Shown piece after piece: positions 11,426 through 21,786 of a stretch of DNA of 64,000 nt. The stretch comes from an uncultured SAR86 cluster bacterium (lineage in GTDB: Bacteria > Pseudomonadota > Gammaproteobacteria > Magnimaribacterales > D2472). Position numbers and translations under genes: made by a program. Where the stretch lies: assembly GCA_902557645.1 (NCBI GenBank), contig CACEAP010000005.1:10181-74180 (forward strand). Direction: 5' to 3'. Under the pieces are notes generated by a model. That model saw nothing but the letters and a program-made list of their open reading frames with translations, searched no databases and was not told the DNA's origin. Position 1 is the first letter of the stretch; each line of letters starts with the position of its first letter.

Positions 11426-11447
11426 CATGTAAAGTGAACTTTACATG
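11426..11447. promoter_or_regulatory. Palindromic operator CATGTAAAGT-GA-ACTTTACATG (TyrR/PhhR-box-like)
   Basis: Perfect 10-bp inverted repeat, followed by TAAAAT at 11451 and ATG at 11468. Confidence 0.7.
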
Positions 11448-11467
11448 GTGTAAAATGTCATACGATT

Positions 11468-12160
11468 ATGAGTATTATAAAAACAGCTGATCTTAAAAGA
11501 TCTTTCTCGATGGGTACACAATCTGTTGAAGCCTTAAGAGGAATTAATTTAGACGTCAATGCTGGCGAGTTTATAGCTATTATGGGGCCTTCAGGTTCTG
11601 GTAAGACAACTCTAATGAATATAATAGGATGTTTAGATACTCCTACAAGTGGTAAATATTTTTTAAATAATCAAGAAGTTAGTAAGTTGAAAGATGATGA
11701 TCTTGCACGAATTAGAAATAAAGAAATTGGTTTCGTTTTTCAGTCATTTCATCTACTTGCAAGAAGTTCAGCGCTTGATAATGTAATGCTGCCATTAAAG
11801 TATGCTGGTGAGAAAAAAAATATTGCAACTGAGAGAGCTAAAGCCTCTCTCAATGATGTTGGTTTGCAAGATAGAATGAGTCATAGCCCGTCTGAACTAT
11901 CAGGCGGGCAACAACAGCGTGTTGCTATTGCTCGTGCACTAGTGAACTCTCCAAGTATTTTATTTGCTGATGAGCCAACAGGAAATCTTGATTCACAAAC
12001 AGGAGATGATGTAATGGCTTTATTTAAACAACTCCATAAAAATGGGCAAACTATTATAGTTATTACACATGAAGAGGATATAGCTAATCAAGCAGAAAGA
12101 GTTATAACTATTAGAGATGGTTTAATTGAATCTGATAAACTGGTACATGAAAATGAATAA
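11468..12160 (+). CDS. ABC transporter ATP-binding protein (MacB/LolD type)
   Basis: [32 protein letters not shown]. Confidence 0.93.
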   Translation: MSIIKTADLKRSFSMGTQSVEALRGINLDVNAGEFIAIMGPSGSGKTTLMNIIGCLDTPTSGKYFLNNQEVSKLKDDDLARIRNKEIGFVFQSFHLLARSSALDNVMLPLKYAGEKKNIATERAKASLNDVGLQDRMSHSPSELSGGQQQRVAIARALVNSPSILFADEPTGNLDSQTGDDVMALFKQLHKNGQTIIVITHEEDIANQAERVITIRDGLIESDKLVHENE

Positions 12161-13346
12161 AATCTTATCAATATTATTAATATCAACTTTGTTGGTATCT
12201 TGTGGTGGCTCTGATGACGCTAAAGAGGATAGTTTTAAGTACTATTCAAAAGAAGAAGCAACCAATAAGAGTTTAGAGTTATCAATTGAAGCATCTGGTG
12301 AAATAGAAGCTATTTCAACAGTCGAAATTAAATCAAAAGCTTCTGGTGAAGTGCTATTTTTAGGTGCTGAGGTTGGTGATTACATTAAAAAAGGAGCTAT
12401 TTTAGCGAGAATTGATCAAAGAACACCTAATAATATACTTGCACAAGCAAGAGCAGATTTAGAATTATCTAAAGTTAGATTGGAAAATGCTAAGTCTCAA
12501 TTATCTAGAGGGCAAGCTTTGCATGCTGAAGGTAGCATTGCTGATAAAGATTTTGAAGATATTCAAGAAAATTTTGCATCTGCCCAATCAGCTTTAGTTA
12601 GAACTGAGGTTAATCTAGAAAATTCTAAAATTTCATTAGATGATACTATCGTTAGATCACCCACTGAAGGAACCATTATTTCAAGAAGTGTTGAGGTTGG
12701 ACAAGTTATATCATCACCAAGTGTTGCTGTAGGCGGTGGGACTATACTTATGAGAATGGCTGATTTGGAAAGTGTTAGAGTTAGAGCTTTAGTTGATGAA
12801 ATAGATGTTGGTAAAGTTAGGGTAGGTCAGGATGTATCCATAAAAGTTTCTGCTTATAGAGACAGACAATTTTTTGGAAAAGTAGCAAAAATAGAGCCTT
12901 TAGCTAAGGTTGAACAAAATGTAACCTTATTTCCCATTCTTATTGATATAGAAAATAAAGAAAATTTATTACTTTTAGGAATGAATACAGATGTAATAAT
13001 ACAAATTCTTGATGAAAGCGTCTCATTAAGTATCCCTACAAGCTCATTAAGAACAAGAAAAGATATTAAATCTGCTGCTGCATTATTAGAAATGCCAGAA
13101 GAGCAAGTAAATACTTTTTTAAAAGATAAAGTTAAAGGCGAAAGTTTTAATAAATTTATAGTCATTAAAGATTCAAAAATTGGTCCTGAATTAAAATGGG
13201 TTCAAATAGGAAAATCTGATTTAACCAATGTTGAGGTTATTAATGGTCTTGATAAAGGGGATCAGGTATTTGTTTTACCAAGCCAAAGTCTAGTAGATTA
13301 TCAAGAAAAATTTAGAGCTAGAGTTTCATCTTCATTTGGAGCTTAG
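12153..13346 (+). CDS. Efflux periplasmic adaptor (MacA-like), lipoprotein
   Basis: Start at ATG 12153, lipobox LVSC, hairpin and lipoyl-type segments. Confidence 0.87.
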   Translation: MNKILSILLISTLLVSCGGSDDAKEDSFKYYSKEEATNKSLELSIEASGEIEAISTVEIKSKASGEVLFLGAEVGDYIKKGAILARIDQRTPNNILAQARADLELSKVRLENAKSQLSRGQALHAEGSIADKDFEDIQENFASAQSALVRTEVNLENSKISLDDTIVRSPTEGTIISRSVEVGQVISSPSVAVGGGTILMRMADLESVRVRALVDEIDVGKVRVGQDVSIKVSAYRDRQFFGKVAKIEPLAKVEQNVTLFPILIDIENKENLLLLGMNTDVIIQILDESVSLSIPTSSLRTRKDIKSAAALLEMPEEQVNTFLKDKVKGESFNKFIVIKDSKIGPELKWVQIGKSDLTNVEVINGLDKGDQVFVLPSQSLVDYQEKFRARVSSSFGA

Positions 13347-13348
13347 TT

Positions 13349-14557
13349 ATGTTATTTGTTGAATCTCTTTATTCTGCAATAAATTCAATTAGAGCTAATG
13401 CAACAAGGTCATTCTTAACATCCCTAGCAATTATTATTGGCACAGCATCAGTTATAGCCATGATTGCTATAGGTGAAGGTGCCCAAAATGCTCTTAATGA
13501 TGAAATTGATGAGTTAGGTGGCAGGGTTTTATCAGTTTATGCAAGTCAAAGAAAAAGAGGTGGAGTAACCTATGGCAGCAATCCATTAATTATAAAAGAT
13601 GCTGAAGCTCTTCGCGATGATACTAAAGTTGATTGGAAGATTACGCCAAGTATTGAAGGCAGTCGTCAAATAAAATTTGGTAATAATAATATGAGTGCTG
13701 GTATAAGTGGCCACTGGACAAATTACTTTGATATCCAAGGTTATAAAATTTCAAGTGGAAGGAATTTTACTGAAAATGAGAATCTTTCCAGAAAAAGAGT
13801 TGCAGTTATTGGTCCAAAAGTAGCAACTGAGCTAAAAACATCACCTAGAACTATGTTGAATAAAGAATTATTGATTTCAGGAGTTCCTTTTAGAGTGATT
13901 GGAATACTAGAAAGTGAAGGGTCAAGCGGATGGAGGTCACCTGATGACAATGTCTATGTCCCATTGTTAACAGCAAGCGATAGAATTTATGGAAGAAAAA
14001 CTGTTAATTCAATCTCTGTCAGTATCTCTAATGATCAAAATATTGAAGAGGCGATGGTAGCAATCGAACAGGTTCTTAGAAGGCAGCATGATATTGGTCC
14101 TGGAGTAGATAATGATTTTCGAATTAATGATTGGAGTCAGTATTCAGATTTAAGAAATGAAGCTGTTGCTATTTTTACTATTTTAATAACTGGTATTGCT
14201 GGGATAAGTTTACTTGTAGGCGGTATTGGCGTAATGAATATTATGCTTGTTTCTGTAACTGAAAGGACTAGAGAAATTGGTTTAAGAAAAGCATTGGGCG
14301 CAACTCATAGAGCTATCATGATGCAATTTATTGTTGAAGCAATGTTGTTATGTTTATTAGGTGGAATTATTGGAGTTATTTTGGGTGCAGGAATGTATTA
14401 TATATTCTCTTCATTTCAAGAATGGGCTTTTTATATTCCTTTAGGAGCTATTATAGGCTCTATTACTTTTTCTGCAGCTGTTGGCCTATTTTTTGGAATT
14501 TGGCCAGCAAGAAGGGCAGCAAAACTAGACCCAGCATTATCTTTAAGATACGAATAA
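13349..14557 (+). CDS. ABC permease, MacB/FtsX family
   Basis: RSFLTSLAIIIG, GGIGVMNIMLVSVTERTREIGLRKALGA, PARRAAKLDP. Confidence 0.93.
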   Translation: MLFVESLYSAINSIRANATRSFLTSLAIIIGTASVIAMIAIGEGAQNALNDEIDELGGRVLSVYASQRKRGGVTYGSNPLIIKDAEALRDDTKVDWKITPSIEGSRQIKFGNNNMSAGISGHWTNYFDIQGYKISSGRNFTENENLSRKRVAVIGPKVATELKTSPRTMLNKELLISGVPFRVIGILESEGSSGWRSPDDNVYVPLLTASDRIYGRKTVNSISVSISNDQNIEEAMVAIEQVLRRQHDIGPGVDNDFRINDWSQYSDLRNEAVAIFTILITGIAGISLLVGGIGVMNIMLVSVTERTREIGLRKALGATHRAIMMQFIVEAMLLCLLGGIIGVILGAGMYYIFSSFQEWAFYIPLGAIIGSITFSAAVGLFFGIWPARRAAKLDPALSLRYE

Positions 14558-14558
14558 G

Positions 14559-15653
14559 ATGAAAGTATTACAAATACTGCCTGAATTAAATATTGGTGGT
14601 GTTGAGAGAGGAACTTTAGACCTATCTAAGGCTCTAGTTCAAAAAGGGCATAAATCGTACGTAATTTCCAATGGCGGCAAACTTGAGGCTTCTCTGATAG
14701 CCTCAGGCGGTAATCATATAAGTATGCCAATCCATCTAAAAAGATTTAAAACATTAAAATTAGCTGACAATTTATACAAGATAATAAAAGAAATTAATCC
14801 TGACATAGTACATGTACGTTCAAGGATGCCAGCCTGGGTGACCTATAGAGCTTTAAAAAAATTTAAGAAAAACAAACCAGTTCATGTATCAACATTTCAT
14901 GGTCTATATAGTTTTCCAATATACAGCAAGGTGATGGCGAAAGTTGATCATGTTATAAGTATTTCAAAAACAGTTGAAGATTATATAAAGTCCACATATA
15001 AAGTATCTCCAAATAAAATAACAGTTATACCAAGAGGTTGTGATTTAAATGAGTTTAATGAAGAGCCTTTAACTTCTGAATGGACATTTGACTGGTACCA
15101 AGAATTTCCTTATACCAAAAATAAGAGAATCTTAACTTTACCTGCAAGGATTACAAAGTGGAAAGGCGTCGATGATTTTATTGAACTTATAAATCTTTTA
15201 GATAATCAAAATATTCATGGACTGATAGTAGGGCCAGTTTCCCAAAGTAAGAAAAAATATTTTAAAAAATTAAAAGCAAAAGTTGAAGTTTTAAATTTAC
15301 AAAATAGAATCACTTTCTGCGGATCTCGATCTGATATTGTAAATATCTATAAACTTTCAGATATAGTGTTTAATTTATCAAAAACACCTGAGCCATTCGG
15401 CAGAACTACTATTGAAGCAGCTAGTGTTGGCACCAAAATAGCAGGATGGAATCATGGTGGTACTAAAGAGATATTAAGTGAATTATTTCCTCAAGGTCTT
15501 GTTGAGCTTGGTAATTTGTCTGAACTTAAGAATAAATCTATTGATTTACTCTCTCAAGAAGAACTAAGACCAAAAAAAAATATTTTTACATCTGAAAGAA
15601 TGATTAATAGCACATTAAGTGTCTATGAATCTTTGTTAAGAACTGATAAGTAG
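14559..15653 (+). CDS. Glycosyltransferase family 4
   Basis: GGVERG, HVRSR, PEPFGRTTIEA. Confidence 0.88.
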   Translation: MKVLQILPELNIGGVERGTLDLSKALVQKGHKSYVISNGGKLEASLIASGGNHISMPIHLKRFKTLKLADNLYKIIKEINPDIVHVRSRMPAWVTYRALKKFKKNKPVHVSTFHGLYSFPIYSKVMAKVDHVISISKTVEDYIKSTYKVSPNKITVIPRGCDLNEFNEEPLTSEWTFDWYQEFPYTKNKRILTLPARITKWKGVDDFIELINLLDNQNIHGLIVGPVSQSKKKYFKKLKAKVEVLNLQNRITFCGSRSDIVNIYKLSDIVFNLSKTPEPFGRTTIEAASVGTKIAGWNHGGTKEILSELFPQGLVELGNLSELKNKSIDLLSQEELRPKKNIFTSERMINSTLSVYESLLRTDK

Positions 15654-16597
15654 ACATTCATAACTTTATCAGCTTGCTTTGCTAAAGAAAATTCTTGTTT
15701 AACAAATTCAAAAATAGATTCTTGATTTAGATTAATAATATTATCAACATATGATTCCATTAATGATTGAAGTGATTCAAGATTATCAGGCTCTGCTAAA
15801 ATCTCTTGAGGTAATATAAGATTCATATGCCCAACATCAGTAGATAAAACTGGTAAATTATTCGCTAAAGCCTCTAAAGCAACTCTAGGACCTCCTTCAG
15901 ATCTTGAGGAAATGATTAAAACTTTTGATTGTGCATATAATTTGAATAACTCCTCTTGTTCAACCCAATTAGTAATTGAAATCTTATTGGTAAGATTCAA
16001 CTCTTGTATTAATGCAACTAAAGATTCTCTTTCGCTACCAGAACCTACTATAAGAAGAGGGGTTTTGATATTAATCCATGACTTAATTAATAAATCAAAG
16101 CCTTTAACTTTTTCAAGTCTCCCAACTGCCAAAGCATGGATGCTCTTATGCTTTTCAGCAGATGATGATTGATACCAATTATGTATTACAGAATTTGGAG
16201 ATTGAATTCCATTTAAAAGCTTCTTGTTTCCGCCAATAACATAATCAGCATAATTAAAAATTTTATTGTTAGACTTAACGCCATGAATAGAGCCAATAAA
16301 TTTAAATTTTAAAAAATATTTAACAACACTTAGAATAAATACAGGTTTAGAGGCATGCGCATGAATAATATCAAATTTATTTAATTTAAGAATTTTATAA
16401 ATTCGAAAAGCGCCCAATAAAGATCTTCTAGAAGAGTGTTTTACATCAATAACATTAAAGTTTTTATAGTGCTCACCAATAGCTTTATCGCAAAGAATAG
16501 TCACATCATGATTAGCTTGTTGTAAAGCTGCAAGTTCAGCTACATGTTGTTCTATTCCAGCAAAGGTTGAGCCTGAAAGATAATGACATATCTTCAT
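15623..16597 (-). CDS. Glycosyltransferase family 4
   Basis: AGIE, VGRLEKVKG, SRSEGGPRVALEA. Confidence 0.88.
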   Translation of the reverse strand: MKICHYLSGSTFAGIEQHVAELAALQQANHDVTILCDKAIGEHYKNFNVIDVKHSSRRSLLGAFRIYKILKLNKFDIIHAHASKPVFILSVVKYFLKFKFIGSIHGVKSNNKIFNYADYVIGGNKKLLNGIQSPNSVIHNWYQSSSAEKHKSIHALAVGRLEKVKGFDLLIKSWINIKTPLLIVGSGSERESLVALIQELNLTNKISITNWVEQEELFKLYAQSKVLIISSRSEGGPRVALEALANNLPVLSTDVGHMNLILPQEILAEPDNLESLQSLMESYVDNIINLNQESIFEFVKQEFSLAKQADKVMNVYLSVLNKDS

Positions 16598-17595
16598 GAT
16601 CTTATTAATTTTGATATTTGATATGCAACTTTTTCAACTTCTGCATACAATTGATAATGGCTATTAGGTTTTTTTAATGAATAGGCTTTTATACTGTTAG
16701 CTATATCATCGAATTCAACATAGCCTACATCTCTGGATATTTTTAATTTATTCATAAGTTCAATAATTTTATTTTTATAGAACTTCCATCCATCTGAAAT
16801 AGGTAAGTTTTTATTAGGTTTTTTATTACGGAGCATCTTAAAGCCATTATTTTTTGGTTTAAGATAAAATAAATATGTAGATCCTTTAGATGATAGGCTT
16901 TCAAATACCAGATTGACACTATCTGGCGAAACAAATTTTATATCAGCTTTTCCAACAATTTCATTTAAGTCTGTTGTTTGGTTTTCTATATCTATAAAGT
17001 TTATTGAATCACTATTAAGAGAATTTAATCTTTGTGTTAATTCTGGTGGGGTTCTTCTGGAATTAAATATATACCATTTCTTTGTTTGATAAAGACTTAA
17101 GATAAATTCAATTTGTTTAAAGATTTCTTTAGTCGAAAATTCATAATGTTGATTTTTACCTCCTACAGCAATTAGACCAATATCTTTATCAGGAATGTTA
17201 TCTATAACTTTTGCTAGTGAGCCAATAAATGTATAAGTATTTTTTTCAATATTTTCATAATAATCATGTTCAGGAGCACATATTAAATCAAACCAAGATC
17301 TAAAAATGCTAGGCTTAAGAATTGCTATAGATTTTGTCTTGGATGCACCTAACCTAATCTTATCTGCTAATATTTTCAGGTAAGTATTATGACCAGCTCC
17401 TATTAAAATATCTGGATTAGAATTGGTATCTTTAAAAAAAATTGCGGCAAGAAGATTCAAAATATCTTTAAATGGAGATTTTTTACAATTTATCTCCTTT
17501 ATAGATATCTCAAAATCTTTTTTTAATTCATCAAGAACTGCCTCTACCTGTTTAAGATGACCGGTTTTATCGTCTTTATACCACCATATTTTCAT
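16594..17595 (-). CDS. ELM1/GtrOC1 family putative glycosyltransferase
   Basis: DDKTGHLKQ, LIGAG, PEHD, NSRRTP, SPDSVN motifs; adjacent to GT4. Confidence 0.75.
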   Translation of the reverse strand: MKIWWYKDDKTGHLKQVEAVLDELKKDFEISIKEINCKKSPFKDILNLLAAIFFKDTNSNPDILIGAGHNTYLKILADKIRLGASKTKSIAILKPSIFRSWFDLICAPEHDYYENIEKNTYTFIGSLAKVIDNIPDKDIGLIAVGGKNQHYEFSTKEIFKQIEFILSLYQTKKWYIFNSRRTPPELTQRLNSLNSDSINFIDIENQTTDLNEIVGKADIKFVSPDSVNLVFESLSSKGSTYLFYLKPKNNGFKMLRNKKPNKNLPISDGWKFYKNKIIELMNKLKISRDVGYVEFDDIANSIKAYSLKKPNSHYQLYAEVEKVAYQISKLIRS

Positions 17596-17700
17596 ATTTA
17601 TATAAAAATCAAACTTATAATATTTATTAGAATCTTTTATTCTGCTATGTCAAAATATAAGTATAAATCATGATTACTTCATCCCAAAAATTATAAAAAA

Positions 17701-17877
17701 ATGATTAGAAAGTTAGCTATAGATCTTATATCGCAATATGGAGATGATGCTGAAACTATTGCAATGATGAAGGCAGCAGAATATGCAGCATTATTAGATA
17801 ATGAAAACTGGCAATTATGGGAAAAGGTTATTGAGATGCTCGAACAATTGAATAACTCCAAATCACTTGATAGTTAG
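17701..17877 (+). CDS. Small hypothetical protein, 58 aa (absent from ORF track)
   Basis: Hand translation MIRKLAIDLISQYGDDAETIAMMKAAEYAALLDNENWQLWEKVIEMLEQLNNSKSLDS; fills an otherwise empty gap; amphipathic helical pattern. Confidence 0.7.
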   Translation: MIRKLAIDLISQYGDDAETIAMMKAAEYAALLDNENWQLWEKVIEMLEQLNNSKSLDS

Positions 17878-17928
17878 AAATCTACTAGAATTAATATAAA
17901 TAGCACTTTCTCAACTTATAATACTCAC

Positions 17929-18237
17929 ATGAAACCCAATAACATTAAATCAAAGATTATGGATAAATTAAATACTGTATTTAATCCATCTTTTATAGAT
18001 CTTATAAATGAAAGTCATATGCATAATGTTCCTGAAAATTCTGAAACACATTTTAAATTAATCATTGTTTCAGATTTATTTAAAGATTTATCATTAGTTA
18101 AAAGACATAAAAAAGTTTTTGAATCATTAGGAGTAACTATGGATAAGATTCATGCTTTATCTATGTCCACATATGACTTAAATGAGTATGAATCAAATCC
18201 AAAAATTATTGATAGCCCTGAATGTGCAAATAAGTAA
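17929..18237 (+). CDS. bolA: BolA family protein
   Basis: NESHMHNVP, ETHFK, KRHK, IHALS, SPEC. Confidence 0.9.
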   Translation: MKPNNIKSKIMDKLNTVFNPSFIDLINESHMHNVPENSETHFKLIIVSDLFKDLSLVKRHKKVFESLGVTMDKIHALSMSTYDLNEYESNPKIIDSPECANK

Positions 18238-18240
18238 CTT

Positions 18241-20676
18241 ATGAGCTTTATAAGTAAATATATAAATTTAGTCCTAACTTACCCAAAACAAATTCTTTTA
18301 ATTGTCTTTATATCATTAGTAATAAGTTTAATAGGATTAAATAATTTTAAGCTAGATGCTTCATCCGATGCCTTAGTGTTGGAAAATGATTTAGCTTTTA
18401 AAATTTATCAGGAATCTGGTGATGAATTTGGCGGCTCAGATTTTTTGATAGTAACTTTTAAACCCTTTAATGAGTTATTTTCAAAGAATTCGCTGCAGAC
18501 TTTGAGCGATCTGGAGATGAACTTAAGTAAGGTTCAGGGAGTTGAAGATGTATTTTCACTTTTAGATGCGCCTATTTTTTTTCAACCCAAGGTTCCATTA
18601 ACAGATGTTGCAGATAATTTAAAAGATCTTGAATCTCCAGATATCGATTTTATAAAAGCAAAAAAAGAGTTTCTAGATAATCCTATATACAAAGATTTAA
18701 TATTAACATCTGACGGAAAAACAACTGCACTTCAGGTAGTTATATCTGAAAATATTAAAAAAAGTAATTTAGTCAATGAAAGATACACAGCTCTTGCAGA
18801 AATTAATCCTGATGATGAATATATTAAAAAACTCAATAAGCAAATTTCAGCATTTAATGAAATTGAATCTATTGAACAAGAAATTCTTATAAAAGAAATA
18901 AGAAATATTCTTGATATTTATAGAGATAAAGCAACATTATTTCTAGGCGGCCCTTCTATGATAGCTGTAGATATGATGAGTTATATAAAATCAGATCTGG
19001 TTACATTTGGTATAGGCGTTGCAATAATTTTTGCCCTAATGCTGTATTTATTTTTTGGGAATATCTGGTTTGTATTCTTGCCTCTAACCAATGCTTTTAT
19101 AACATCAACTTTTACCGCCGGTATATTGGGTTTAATGGATTGGAAAATTAGTGTTGTATCATCTAACTTTGTAGCCTTATTACTTATATTAACAATCTCT
19201 CTGACTGTGCATGTAATGGTTAGGTTTTCAGATAGTAAAGAGTCAAATAGAAAATTAGCACTACAAAAGACATTTATAGGAATGTTTATGCCGTGTTTAT
19301 TTGCTGCATTAACAACAGCTATAGCCTTTTTATCTTTAACCTTCGCTGATCTAAAGCCTGTAATTGAATTTGGAAAGATGATGGCTGTAGGAATGTCATT
19401 TGCCTTATTATTCACCTTTAGTTTCCTGCTTGCAGCTTTTGCTCTTCTAGATACCAGACTAACACGTGATTTTATAAACATAAGATTAATTTTAAAAACA
19501 ATTGCTGAATTTACTAATGCACATAAAGTTTTCTTGTCAGCATCCTATTTAATTATTTTTATTTTATTTTTTATAGGAATGTCTAAATTAATTGTAGAGA
19601 ATAGATTTATTGATTACTTCGACGAATCCACTGAGATATATCAAGGCATGCTGCTATTGGATGAGGAGCTTGGTGGGACAGCAACCTTAGATATTATCAT
19701 TAATGAGCCTGAAGATGATTCTAATAACATCACTACAGACGATACTGATGATTTATTTTTTGATGATATGTTTGCAGATGATGATAGCCAAGCATCAGGT
19801 TACTGGTGGAATATATATTCATTAGCAAAATTAGAAGAAATTCATGATTATCTTGATGCAATGCCTGAGATTGGTAAAGTTTTAAGTGTTGCAAGTGGTG
19901 TTAAATTAGCCAGACAAATTAATGATAATGAGGATTTAAATGATCTTGAATTAGCATTATTAAGATCTGTCTTGCCTGAGGATATAAGAGAAACGTTATT
20001 ATATTCATATATCAACAAAGATGATTCGAAAGTAAGAATATCAACCAGAGTAATAGAATCAGCAGAATCATTAAATAGAGATGAATTATTAACAAAGATC
20101 GAAATGGATTTGGTTAATAACTTTAATCTTTCAAAAGATCAATTTGAAATAACTGGTCTTGCTGTGCTTTATAATAATATGCTGCAATCGCTTTTCACAT
20201 CACAAATTGGTTCACTTACATTGGTATTTGTTGTTATTGCATTTATGTTATTAATTTTATTTAGATCAATAAAAATTATGTTGATTGGGATCTTGCCAAA
20301 TATTTTTGTGGCTTCAAGTGTGTTGGGGTTATTAGGCCTGCTAAAAATACCCTTAGATATTATGACTATTACGGTAGCTTCTATAAGTGTAGGCATGGCT
20401 GTTGATAATACTATTCATTATCTATATCGATATCGTTCTTATATTAAAGCTGGTCATGATGCTGAGGAAAGTATGCATCTGTCACATTTAAGCGTTGGAA
20501 GAGCAATCTTTTATACAGCATTTACTATTGCGGTTGGTTTTTCTATTTTAATGCTATCTAATTTTGCACCAACAGCATTGTTTGGCATTTTTACTGCAAT
20601 AGCACTATTATTAGCATTTGTTAGTTCATTAACTTTATTGCCGATAATGTTAGTAAAGTTTAAGGTTTTTCAATAA
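18241..20676 (+). CDS. MMPL/RND superfamily transporter
   Basis: Two repeats of TM plus periplasmic loop plus TM cluster; GMAVDNTIH. Confidence 0.87.
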   Translation: MSFISKYINLVLTYPKQILLIVFISLVISLIGLNNFKLDASSDALVLENDLAFKIYQESGDEFGGSDFLIVTFKPFNELFSKNSLQTLSDLEMNLSKVQGVEDVFSLLDAPIFFQPKVPLTDVADNLKDLESPDIDFIKAKKEFLDNPIYKDLILTSDGKTTALQVVISENIKKSNLVNERYTALAEINPDDEYIKKLNKQISAFNEIESIEQEILIKEIRNILDIYRDKATLFLGGPSMIAVDMMSYIKSDLVTFGIGVAIIFALMLYLFFGNIWFVFLPLTNAFITSTFTAGILGLMDWKISVVSSNFVALLLILTISLTVHVMVRFSDSKESNRKLALQKTFIGMFMPCLFAALTTAIAFLSLTFADLKPVIEFGKMMAVGMSFALLFTFSFLLAAFALLDTRLTRDFINIRLILKTIAEFTNAHKVFLSASYLIIFILFFIGMSKLIVENRFIDYFDESTEIYQGMLLLDEELGGTATLDIIINEPEDDSNNITTDDTDDLFFDDMFADDDSQASGYWWNIYSLAKLEEIHDYLDAMPEIGKVLSVASGVKLARQINDNEDLNDLELALLRSVLPEDIRETLLYSYINKDDSKVRISTRVIESAESLNRDELLTKIEMDLVNNFNLSKDQFEITGLAVLYNNMLQSLFTSQIGSLTLVFVVIAFMLLILFRSIKIMLIGILPNIFVASSVLGLLGLLKIPLDIMTITVASISVGMAVDNTIHYLYRYRSYIKAGHDAEESMHLSHLSVGRAIFYTAFTIAVGFSILMLSNFAPTALFGIFTAIALLLAFVSSLTLLPIMLVKFKVFQ

Positions 20677-20682
20677 TTTATT

Positions 20683-21786
20683 ATGGGCCCATTAAAAGGT
20701 TTAAAAATATTAGAGTTTTCTGGAATTGGTCCAGGGCCGTTTTGTGGAATGTTATTAGCTGATTTAGGTGCTGATGTTATTAGACTTGATAAATCATCTA
20801 ATCATGGAAATTTTAATAAAGCTGATATTCACAATAGAAATAAAAAATCTATAACAGTAGATTTAAAAGATCCTGATTCAATTCATGAGATAAAAAAATT
20901 AATCTCACAGATGGATGGTATATTTGAAGGCTTTAGGCCAGGTGTTATGGAGAGGCTTGGTTTAGGACCTAAAGAATGTCTAGAAATTAATAATTCATTA
21001 GTATATGGAAGAATGACAGGTTGGGGTCAGGAAGGACCTATGGCAAATCAATCTGGTCATGATATTAATTATATTGCTCTATCAGGAGTTTTAGACTCTA
21101 TGGGTAGAGAAGGTGAAAATCCACAACCTCCATTAAATTTAGTAGGAGATTTTGGTGGCGGAGGTATGCTTTTAGCTGTTGGGATGCTTGGAGCTTTTAT
21201 TCATTCGCAAAAAACTGGAGAAGGGCAGGTAGTTGATGCAGCAATGATAGATGGAAGCTCAATGCTGATGAGTATGTTTTACTCATTTAAAGAAATGGGA
21301 TTTTGGAAAGAGAACAAAGAATCAAATCTATTAGATGGAGCGGCACATTTTTATGACACCTATGAATGCAGAGATAAGAAGCATATAGCTATAGGCGCTA
21401 TTGAACCTCAATTTTATAAAGAGTTATTAGAAAAGCTAGAAATCAACGATAAAGATTTTTTAGATCAAATGAATAGACTAATTTGGCCAAAATTAAAGAT
21501 AAAAATGGCAAGTGTCATCAAAACTAAAACCAGGGATGAATGGGCTGAAATATTTAATAATTCTGATGCTTGTGTTTCACCAGTCTTAAGTCTTACTGAA
21601 ACACCATTACACCCTCATCATGTCGCTAGAGAAACTTTTATGAATATAAATGGTTTTGCTGAGCCAACTCCTTCACCGAGATTCTCAAAAACTTACTTAG
21701 AACAAAATTCTAATATTGTGGCATCTGGTTCTGATAATGAAGCTGTTTGTAAAGAGTATGATTTAGATATTTCTAAGTTAGGCTAA
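20683..21786 (+). CDS. CaiB/BaiF family III CoA-transferase, alpha-methylacyl-CoA racemase-like
   Basis: GPGPFCGMLLADLGA, FRPGVMERLGLG, GHDINY, DFGGGG. Confidence 0.9.
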   Translation: MGPLKGLKILEFSGIGPGPFCGMLLADLGADVIRLDKSSNHGNFNKADIHNRNKKSITVDLKDPDSIHEIKKLISQMDGIFEGFRPGVMERLGLGPKECLEINNSLVYGRMTGWGQEGPMANQSGHDINYIALSGVLDSMGREGENPQPPLNLVGDFGGGGMLLAVGMLGAFIHSQKTGEGQVVDAAMIDGSSMLMSMFYSFKEMGFWKENKESNLLDGAAHFYDTYECRDKKHIAIGAIEPQFYKELLEKLEINDKDFLDQMNRLIWPKLKIKMASVIKTKTRDEWAEIFNNSDACVSPVLSLTETPLHPHHVARETFMNINGFAEPTPSPRFSKTYLEQNSNIVASGSDNEAVCKEYDLDISKLG

